This document shows positions 1 to 8,035 of a stretch of 8,458 nucleotides of DNA, in pieces (the stretch's first letter is position 1; each line of letters begins with the position of its first letter). The stretch spans positions 1 through 8,458 of the forward strand of contig JBHGNT010001438.1 of the NCBI GenBank assembly GCA_043228905.1. Reading direction: 5' to 3'. The translations under genes and the position numbers were made by a program. Source of the DNA: Azolla caroliniana. Lineage: Eukaryota > Plantae > Polypodiophyta. The notes under the pieces were generated by a model. That model did not search any database. It was not told where the DNA came from and was given only the letters and a program-made list of their open reading frames with translations.

Positions 1-1260
1 AATACTACAACCACCAAGAACCAATCGGGCATGGTGTTGATCATGTTGTATAGATTCAATGGACTCTTTCTTGTTCTTCTTATGTAAAATGGGTTGCCTT
101 GAAACCTTTGTAAAAGGGAGCAAGGAAGAGGTTACACTAAAAGGAAGTTGAATGCACGTTGAGAGAGGGAGAGAGATTATGGTGTAGGAGACATCCCTCA
201 ATGGAGATGCATCGGGTAGAATAAGAAAATTAGTGATGTGTAATCTAGCAAGTGAGGGAAGATGCACCGAGTGAGATTTGGTTTAGGTTTGATTTGCGGA
301 CTCACCAAGACAATTATAGCTTGATCATTGACATTGATCGTCAACCATCTCTAAATGGTGGTGTGTTCTTGCTAGTTTCGCCATCATTGGGGAACAAGGA
401 CACTGTTATCATTTTCAATCTTTATATAGTGGAAACATGGAAATATTATGAAGCCGTCTTTTAGGAGTAACGTTGTACTATGTGATCCGAACTAAACTTT
501 TATAATCAATTGAATCAATAATATTACATTCCAAAGCAGGAGACTTATATTAAAATTATATTAAAAAATATATTACAATTTAAAAATTCCTTGACATAAC
601 TCAAACTCTATAAGCCATTGTTTCCCTTGTTGAATGCGTGTCTCCTATGCATGATCTTAATTTTAAATGATAAAGAGTTCCTATCCTAAACAAAAAATAT
701 CAAATCCATTACAAGAGACATAAACCCACTAGATTATTGTTAGATTCTACAAACCTTATCACTACATCATATTGCTTATATAAAAAAACTTTTTCATTGA
801 TGTAGGTAATGACATTGTGCTTTAGCAAGCTATGTCTTGTTTATATATATGAAGGAAAGCTTGATCTATGTTTTGCATGACCATGCTCTTCTTTCCCATG
901 GATGCGAGAGTTATTTGCTAGAAAAATAAGATGAAGCAAGGCATGTGCCAGGATGTGCCATTGGTTCGTCTTGACATGTACCAATGTTGTCTCTTATGTA
1001 AGTAAATGTTTGGTAAATAGATTCTTAAGTAGTGAGATGGAAAAGGATGCCAATTCAAAGCAACCATTAATATTCTATTCATTTCGGCAAGTAAACCAGA
1101 TTGATACCTTTAAGTGAAAGCTCAAATTCGACTGGTCGTGTATGAACTTTTCTTATTTTGTATGCTCACATGTGAATGAATATTGACAATAGAACTATCA
1201 AATAACTTCGAATGCTTCAACACCTCTCTCTTTTTATAAAATTCAACAAGTGTTTGCATC

Positions 1261-1363
1261 TTCTACTCACTATGCAAATATCCCTTGTGTAGGCTTTGAA
1301 CCCACCTAACATTTATGGTGGAATGGTTCCTTTATTGTGCAAATATGGACATAGTGAGCAGAA
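1261..1363. repeat. 14-bp imperfect inverted repeat enclosing 75 bp (possible MITE-like remnant or hairpin)
   Basis: TTCTACTCACTATG (1261-1274) vs CATAGTGAGCAGAA (1350-1363), whose reverse complement is TTCTGCTCACTATG: 13/14 match. No clear TSD. Confidence 0.35.
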
Positions 1364-3365
1364 ATCAATTATCTTTTGAGTAATTTCATCTTTGAGATTC
1401 ATTGCATACTTATTTCATAAGGTTCTCCTTGGTAGAAAGGGGACTTAATTGATTCTAATGTTTGAGAACTTTTATTCCAAGAGAGAATGCACAGGTTGTA
1501 GTTATTGGTTTTCCTTGCAACAATATGAATGATATTTAATCATTATCCAATAGCTTATTATTGCAATATTGAGCTATTATTTTTGTTGTAACTGACTCAT
1601 TCCATTGCAACTACGTATATTATATTTACACACAAAACTCATAGATCAACCTTAATACACTTTTCGTTAGAGTTGAAAAAGTGACCTTTCTCAATGTGTG
1701 GCAAAACTCATGAGAATATTTTGTTCGTTAATACACATTAGTTATATATTTTTATATTGTTTGGTTTTGTTTTCATGCGTGGAAGTCCACATAGATAACA
1801 TAGAATATTATATAAATATTACTTCGTTTTGAATAAAAATCATGTATTTTTCTCTAGATAAGTTTGCTTAAGTAAGGCATTAAATCATACAAACATTCAT
1901 TGTTAATCCCTACAAAAATATATGTCATAATTGGCGGTACTTTATAGATATTAAAGAATAATAGTATTGTTATAAACATCACCCTTTTGGCGATGACTTT
2001 GTAATAATTGGGATATTCCTATTATCATGTTCATATGAGTAACACAATATACTATTCTCATCACCGCTTAAGCATGATGTTCTTTAGGTGTTGAAAAAGC
2101 GTCGTTTAACTATTGTAAATACAGATAGGTGTGTATATATCCCCCATTGAGTGATCTGCCAATATCTAAATCCAAAATATCATCTACAACCCGCCATGAA
2201 ATCACAATCCCTACACTCGCTTATATAAAAACAGTTCTCAACACTTTTCCCATCATCACCTTCATCAAGGGGAGGGTTCTCACAATGTGGCCAAAACACA
2301 TATAAAGTTTTTCTCACCCAAAGTACGTAAGCTAAACTTAGCACTTGAAGGACATTAATAGTCTCTATTGCTATAGGGGTGTACGTTGTAACTAACGATA
2401 GCCATTGACATATACACATGTGTTCAAATCAAACTAACTGAACTACTTTATGACATGCAATTTAAATTGTGATGGCATCTATGTGACAACCTTATCAACT
2501 GAGCTACATTCATTTCGGCCTCCCCCTCTATCTCAATACGATTGCACTCACAAGAAGACATGTTGGGACAACTATGGAAAAATGGGTGAACACACCCAAT
2601 CCATTTGTAAAACCATTAAAACTGAAACAAACAATCGATTGTGCCCCCCAATCATGATCTCTCATTTGAGAATTGAACTTGACAAGGAACTTTAAACACT
2701 TCACTCCAAACAAGTGTCCAACAATGAGGTGCATCTCACATTATGATATGAAACATATATTAACAATGTTAGAGAAAGTTTCATGATGCCAATCATTCAC
2801 CACACGAGTCTCAAAACAACAACTATACCATTAAGAAAGCTAGTTTTTCATAGAGGCCCACATGTGTTTAGCAAATTGGATTATATTGATTTGTTGTATC
2901 AACCTTTTCCTCTTTTTAAAAGTTAGGCACACTTTTAAGACATGCTTGATCACTTTTGCGGTAGACTAAACTTTAGGACTTTAAACAATCAAGTATTGCC
3001 ACTTTCAAAGGTATTAACAATGCCTCACATAATCATAATCCATGAATTCTCCCTCTTTGGTGATAGTAAACCATAACTTTATTAATATTGCACATCAATA
3101 GACTAAGACAATAGTGGTTAACCACTTGATATTTCGGCATTGAATGAAGAAACTTACGGTTGATTGTCACTCATATACAATTAACCATTGTATTAAGGTT
3201 GTAAGATAGTCATAGGCCATATTCTTATGAACCCATGGCCTTGGGTTTGAAACACATTGTTAGAATAATTGACTAGAATGCACAGTGAAATGTAAGGGTT
3301 CAATGCCCAACCCTACATAAGACCACCTTATAAACTTAGTTCCATCCAAGGAGTGTGTGTGTTTT

Positions 3366-3438
3366 TGTTAAGTATAACTAATTAATTCAACAAAACATAA
3401 GGACTTATGGACCAAAGAAAGGAAAGAGGGGTGCTAAA
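3366..3438 (-). repeat. Truncated second copy of the LTR terminus (U5 end)
   Basis: TGTTA-AGTATAACTAATTAATTCAACAAAACATAAGGACTTATGGACCAAAGAAAGGAAAGAGGGGTGCTAAA aligns with 3849-3922 (TGTTAGAGTCTAACTAATTAATTACGTAAAACATAAGGAATTATAGACCAAAGAAAGGAAAGAAGGGCGCCAAA). About 11 differences in 74 positions by eye; both begin at the TG terminus. Confidence 0.8.
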
Positions 3439-3834
3439 AAAACGCAAAACATGTCTTGCTTTTTCATTTTAGTTTATGAAAACTCCATAATCTAATGACC
3501 AAGAGGATATGTGTTTGCCTGAGGAGGAGCATATGTTAGCTACACCTAAATTGGATGCATAAAATCAACAAAATTGTCGAAGGGTAGAAATAAATAGATA
3601 AATAAAGATGAAAAAACATAACTATACACACCGAACACATGGTGATCCCACAAGGAACATAGATTTGAGCATTCAAACATAATCACAAAGAATATATAAC
3701 GAGAGAGAATCGAAGAGTTTTTTTTATTACAAATACCAAAGTTCATGCTCCACTCATTCTCGGATGGAGAGGTCGGGCCTCGTTTGTTGCTCCAGGATCA
3801 CATAAAAAACAAGTGAAAACATGAAAAAAAGAGA

Positions 3835-3846
3835 GCTCTGATACCA
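3835..3846 (-). other. Primer binding site complementary to the 3' end of initiator tRNA-Met
   Basis: The + strand GCTCTGATACCA reads TGGTATCAGAGC on the - strand, the canonical plant iMet PBS. It lies 2 nt from the LTR terminus (TGTTAG at 3849). Confidence 0.92.
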
Positions 3847-3848
3847 AC

Positions 3849-4266
3849 TGTTAGAGTCTAACTAATTAATTACGTAAAACATAAGGAATTATAGACCAAA
3901 GAAAGGAAAGAAGGGCGCCAAACCACCAGAACACCCCCTAGCAATGATGTGAGATAGACATGTACCTCCGTGATGACCCATACCATTGAGGGTTGATGCA
4001 AGTCATACCTTCGGTTCTGTGAGGAACGCACGTACTTAGCTAACAAGAGCCATAACCACACTATCATAGTCTCAACATAAGTCAAGTCTCCTTTTATTGG
4101 CAAAAACCCTAGGCCCTAGTGTGTTCACACTTGACCCACACGATAGAATTGAATATTACAATTCATACCCTTGTTCTTATCATAATTAACCTACACATAC
4201 TCATCATAAGATTAGGAAAAACTAAAGAAAACCTATCTCATGATCAGTTATGGTATGCACGTAACA
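3849..4266 (-). repeat. 5' LTR (~418 bp) of the minus-strand element
   Basis: Termini TGTTA...TAACA form a 5-bp terminal inverted repeat, and the PBS is adjacent. A degenerate TATA-like GCCAATAAAAGG lies on the - strand at ~4090-4101. The boundary at 4266 is inferred from the terminal repeat only. Confidence 0.65.
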
Positions 4267-4523
4267 ATCTCTCTCACACACATCTCTATGTTTTTTTTTT
4301 GCAAAAGCACACAATTATATTAGTTACATCTGAAAAATGTTATATTGGTACTACAACTATTTCAGTGACACCACTACATGGGTAATGCGACATGCTAAAT
4401 TTGCCAATAAGCAAGAAGAATGTTGCCATGAAGTTACACAAGTTCTGGATTTCCACACTCGGTTTTCTTTCGAAGAGTTCAATTTCACTTTCTCATAATT
4501 ATTGTGCGCATGTAAAACTTTCA

Positions 4524-4612
4524 TGTATGTTTTCGTATGTGTGTGTATGTATTATGTTATATATATGCATATGTTTGTAACCAAGTAACTAAGTGTGTAT
4601 ATGTATTTGTAG
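4524..4612. repeat. Low-complexity TG/TA-rich tract
   Basis: Runs such as GTATGTGTGTGTATGT, TATATATATGCATATG and GTGTGTATATGTATTTGTAG. Confidence 0.5.
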
Positions 4613-4715
4613 GATGAGATGAATAAGTGTGGATGAATGTGAACATGAAACGCAACAGATGATGTTAAGCAAGTTTAGGGTTGCAAAGACTGCCCCGAAC
4701 GCAACAGGTCAATGA

Positions 4716-6102
4716 CGAGCAAGTGTTTCCTACGACTTCAAGCGAGACAACGTCACAGGCAACGATGGAGGGGTTTATGGTTGTAGAGAGTGCCCCAAAT
4801 GCAGCAGATTGATGTTGAGTTTCCCTACTCCTCATTTGTCAAGTATGTCCCTTGGATTAGGGTGTAAGGTTAGTAGTAGGGCTACACAGGGACAACGGAA
4901 CATGTTTGCAAAGGAGCCATCAGAGGGCAATACAGTGTCAATGGTGGCAACTAAAGTATCAGTGGCAAGGGGGCCTGTCGGACGGTGGGTGGAGTTGAGG
5001 TATGCATTGCAAGGGATGAATAAGAATTGGGAGAAGCAGCAGGCTGGGAATTTGGGACAAAGGAAAGCAAGCGACATGTGGAAAGACGTTGGGAAACACA
5101 TTAATGGAGGAGCGACGAGGATATGCAAGGAAGTGGAGAATCAAATAGATAATGGGGGATGGATGGAAGAGGAGGTTTGGGCTCCCGTTAGCGGTATGGC
5201 AACGGTCTTCTTCACAGTTTATTGTAGAGAGGACTCACGAGTGTGGGGAGAGTCGAAGGCTTGGAATGAAGAGGTTGGGAAGCAAGAAGATGGGGGAGAT
5301 CTCCCCAACCTTGCATTATGGCATATGGAGGGTGTGGGAGTAAAGAGGCAACAGGAACCGCAAGGAAGGTCGTCTCAGGGGCTAGATGTTGTGGAGATGG
5401 AGGCCACGGAGGACATGTTGCACGTGGAAAATATTCAACAGGAGTGTGGTCAGGCGCATAATGCATGCCAGAGAGGAGATTATGATAAGCAATTGGAAAC
5501 GAAGGAGAGCTCTGAGATACTTGATGTTTTTCTGTCCGAGGAAGAAAGTGAATTCCTAAATGCAGAGATTAGAAGGTTAAAGAAGTGTTCGTTCATTTGC
5601 AAACTAATGGGTGGTAGGCCTAGAAGAGGTATGGTTCGTGACATGTTACAGGTAGCTCTAATGGATAGGGTCCCACCGATAAAGAATGTGAATAATATGG
5701 GACGAAATTTCTTTCACATTGAAGTGGCTAAGGGGAGTAATGTATCACAAATTATTGATATGAAATTTGTAGAGCTTAAATATGGAAGATCTCTTTTGTT
5801 GGAGTGGCATGCTAATTTCAATGTTATGGAAGAATCCAAGAAGATTGGTAACCCCATGGTGATATCTATGGTATTTCCTATTCTTCCACGACAATTATAT
5901 CCCTTGATGCAAAAGATTGGGGAGAGGCAACCACGGTAGACAGAATCAGAGACTCCCCTAAAATTAGGTGCTTGTGCAAAGCTTGTCCACACTCCCCTCT
6001 ATAATCAGGGTGCATGATGTTGAGGCAAGACTGATAGATGTGGAAGTGGAATATGAGGGACTACCTGGTCAATGTTTCTATTGTAAAATAGAGGAATGCC
6101 CT
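4716..6102 (+). pseudogene. Decayed L1-clade LINE ORF1 (DUF4283-like domain plus zf-CCHC_4-like knuckle)
   Basis: Frame 3 is open 4716-5939 (track ORF 4809-5939). Its C-terminal part (~5580-5925: SFICKLMGGRP...MGRNFFHIEV...LLLEWHANFN...VFPILPRQLYPLMQKIGE) follows the plant LINE DUF4283 pattern. After a stop/frameshift, frame 1 (5968-6102) gives ...DVEVEYEGLPGQCFYCKIEECP, the YExLPxxCxxC knuckle motif with the GH segment missing. Assignment is by motif recognition, not by search. Confidence 0.8.
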
Positions 6103-6470
6103 TGTTACCGGCCGGCAAAGGAGTCCAGAGTGTGAAACGAAAGAGTTATTTAATTATTAAGGAATGGTTGTAAGTGAGCTATTAGTGTGGACGGACGGAC
6201 CGGAATCGGTATGCCGTTCCGGATCCGGACCGATCCCGAACAGGTGCGGATGGCACTGTTTTGTACTACAAACCGGAAACCTATTTAAAGGCCCGGATAC
6301 AATGTAATGTGGAGCGGATAATTAATGAAGCTTAATGTTTTTATCTCTCTGTGTTAATTGCCGTTCTGCATTCATTGTTATATCTTACGCGTGTGATTAT
6401 TAAGGACGATCTTGCTAAGTAACCTAATTAAGTCGGATTAATCGTTGAGCCTAATCCTCTTGCCGTAACA
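6103..6470 (+). mobile_element. Solo LTR (368 bp) inserted into LINE ORF1
   Basis: Termini TGTTACCGGC...GCCGTAACA form a terminal inverted repeat. Flanks GCCCT (6098-6102) and CCCCT (6471-6475) are a 5-bp TSD with one mismatch. TATA-like TATTTAAA at 6282-6289 suggests + orientation. No PBS follows. Confidence 0.8.
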
Positions 6471-6701
6471 CCCCTTTGGTGAAGTGTTAGGCCATTGTCC
6501 GGCCCTAAGAGTTAACAGCCCTAGGAAGATCAATAGTAACATAAGGGGAGAGATGTCATAGACATATGCCATGGAGGAAGGTAGGGATTGACCCCAAGAT
6601 CTCATGGTCTCTATTGAGAAACCCTACCAATTGAGCTACATATACACCCTTATATTAAATCCAACTTCATGTCATATAATTGAACATTGGAAGTTCCTAA
6701 C

Positions 6702-6778
6702 TTGCATGCATCCTCATCTCTAGCTTGCACACATTCTCATGCATTCTCTATTGCATGCATCCTCATGCATACTCTATT
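6702..6778 (+). repeat. Three imperfect ~23-26-bp tandem units in LTR U3
   Basis: TTGCATGCATCCTCAT (6702), TTGCACACATTCTCATGCATTCTCTA (6725), TTGCATGCATCCTCATGCATACTCTATT (6751). Confidence 0.8.
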
Positions 6779-6809
6779 TCTAGCTGGCTTACATAGCCCT
6801 ACCTTCTTG

Positions 6810-6817
6810 TATAAATA
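6810..6817 (+). promoter_or_regulatory. LTR TATA box
   Basis: TATAAATA within the LTR, ~30 nt upstream of the predicted transcript start (~6842). Confidence 0.75.
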
Positions 6818-6952
6818 CTTAGGTGCACATTGATTCTAATAAAGGTGAACGACACCAGTTACGGATCCTATAAGTTGAGTTCTTGTTCTTTTCCTCTCTC
6901 TTGTTTTCTAGTCTTGTCTTCGTTCTGCTCTATCATACTTGTCCGTGATAGT

Positions 6953-6963
6953 TTGTTCACCTT
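6953..6963 (+). other. Self-priming-type primer binding site (non-tRNA)
   Basis: TTGTTCACCTT, 2 nt after the LTR end, is complementary to AAGGTGAACGA at 6842-6852 (10 Watson-Crick pairs plus 1 G-U). It does not start with TGG. Confidence 0.75.
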
Positions 6964-7013
6964 CCCCTCTTCTTGCTACCACGTCCGGCTCCGTCAACAA
7001 CCTAAACCAAGTC

Positions 7014-8018
7014 ATGGTAGCCTTGCAACAATTTCAGCTAGAGAATGAAATCCTTCGGGAATCATTATGAGAGTTGCAATCTGGCACTTCAAGAAATCCA
7101 CCACCTACCGAGTCACAACCACCGTTGGCACCTAGGCCGACCACGTCCTCTTCCCATCCATATGTCCTCGAACCAACCATCAGCCTACCAAACAAATTCA
7201 ACGACACGAGGCCATATCTTCGCGGCTTCATCAACCAATTTCGGCCTATCATCCGGTTACAGCCCCAACGGTATGCTAGTGACTTTTCTTGGGTTGGGCT
7301 TGTTGGCACACTTCTCTCCGGGCCGACACAAGCATGGTTTGCACCCTTGATCGAGACCTCATCCCCTCTCTTAGAAAACCTCCCCGCTTTCATTGCGGAG
7401 CTCGAAGCGACATTTGGAGAGACAGACCAACGACGAACGACACTTACAAAGCTTTATTCTTTCCAACAAGGCTCATGTCCAACCTCAGTCTACGCCTCAG
7501 AGTTTCGTCAGATTGCATGCGAGGTCAGTTGGGATGACCAAGCCCTATGCGACCATTTCTGTCGCGGTCTCCGAAACGACGTCAAGACTCTTCTCTTAAA
7601 CTTCCCGGAGCCCACATTGTTGTCTCAAGTAATCTCCCAAGCTGTCCAGTGTGACATTCGTCTCTTCGAAGTTCGTCAAGAAGAACGGGGGACTCGCGGG
7701 TCTTAGGCTTCTTCTCGAAACGCATCAATCGCCAGGCCCTACTTGTCTCCCACGCCAACCTTACCATCACCTAGTGATACCCATACCACGACGGAGGTCG
7801 ATTTCCATACCCCGATGGAGATCGACCACGCTCGATTCCAACCACTAACTGAAGCCCAACGCCAACATCGTCGAGACAATGGACTCTCTCTCTATTGTGG
7901 CAACCCTTGCCATGTCATCCACCACTATCCGGTGCGGGGCCCGTGACACCAATTCCATCGTGCACGTCTTGCAGACGTTCCTCAACAACAGGAAAACTAC
8001 CAAGTCCGGCTACAGTAG
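7014..8018 (+). pseudogene. gag: gag (PEG10/RTL-like capsid, retrotransposon gag domain, degenerate CCHC knuckle) with three in-frame stops
   Basis: One frame (3) runs from ATG 7014 (MVALQQFQLENEILRESL*ELQ...) through EPTISLPNKFNDTRPYLRGFINQ, LLSGPTQAW, QQGSCPTSVYASEFRQIA, FCRGLRNDVK, PMEID and NGLSLYCGNPCHVIHHYP to QQENYQVRLQ* (TAG 8016-8018). Internal stops: TGA 7068, TAG 7704, TGA 7944. The frame is also open upstream to an ACG at 6981, a possible former start. Confidence 0.9.
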
Positions 8019-8035
8019 GAGCCATGCCGCTGGAC
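7991..8035 (+). promoter_or_regulatory. Putative -1 programmed ribosomal frameshift signal (slippery heptamer plus stem-loop)
   Basis: G GAA AAC (7991-7997) is in the gag frame. After a 6-nt spacer, GTCCGGC (8004-8010) pairs with GCTGGAC (8029-8035). The protease is in the -1 frame. Confidence 0.75.

Larger units (their letters stand above)
3366..4266 (-). mobile_element. LTR retrotransposon remnant with no recognisable coding region (tRNA-iMet primed; Copia-like or unclassified)
   Basis: On the minus strand: LTR (4266-3849), 2-nt spacer, PBS TGGTATCAGAGC, ~400 bp non-coding internal sequence, then a second ~73-bp copy of the LTR end (3438-3366). No gag/pol motifs seen. Confidence 0.65.
6554..6950 (+). 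repeat. 5' LTR (397 bp) of the gypsy element
   Basis: Start TGTCATAGACA vs end TGTCCGTGATA (reverse complement TATCACGGACA): 8/11 terminal inverted repeat, with all mismatches being transitions. Contains TATAAATA (6810-6817), AATAAA (6838-6843) and a T/C-rich U5-like end. Confidence 0.8.

Noticed and set aside
1-282. Stop-free minus-strand frame running off the window start, and a separate-frame ATG (MINTMPDWFLVVVV...) near 45 downstream of a CT-rich tract
   Set aside because: No recognisable domain and truncated by the window edge; cannot be told apart from chance.
3197-3262. GGGTTTGAAAC resembling a B-box (tRNA/SINE)
   Set aside because: No A-box or cloverleaf could be built; the match is weak.
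3521-3540. GAGGAGGAG followed by CATATGTTAG, resembling a PPT plus LTR start on the + strand
   Set aside because: No matching LTR end or second copy found, and the orientation is opposite to the surrounding element.
252-4580. Short ORFs in the track (60-90 aa) at 252, 2180, 2450, 2528, 3546, 3870, 4119, 4392
   Set aside because: No recognisable motifs. Several lie in LTR or low-complexity DNA, and the lengths are as expected by chance.
4590-4615. TTTGTAG|G as a splice acceptor that would make the 4809 ORF an exon of a host gene
   Set aside because: Stops follow in the downstream frames, no upstream exon was identified, and the ORF is better explained as LINE ORF1.
7074-7706. 210-aa capsid-only ORF as a domesticated PEG10/Arc-like gene
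   Set aside because: It starts at a TTG right after an in-frame stop, is bounded by decay-type stops, and sits inside an LTR-PBS-gag-pol element, so it is a pseudogene fragment.
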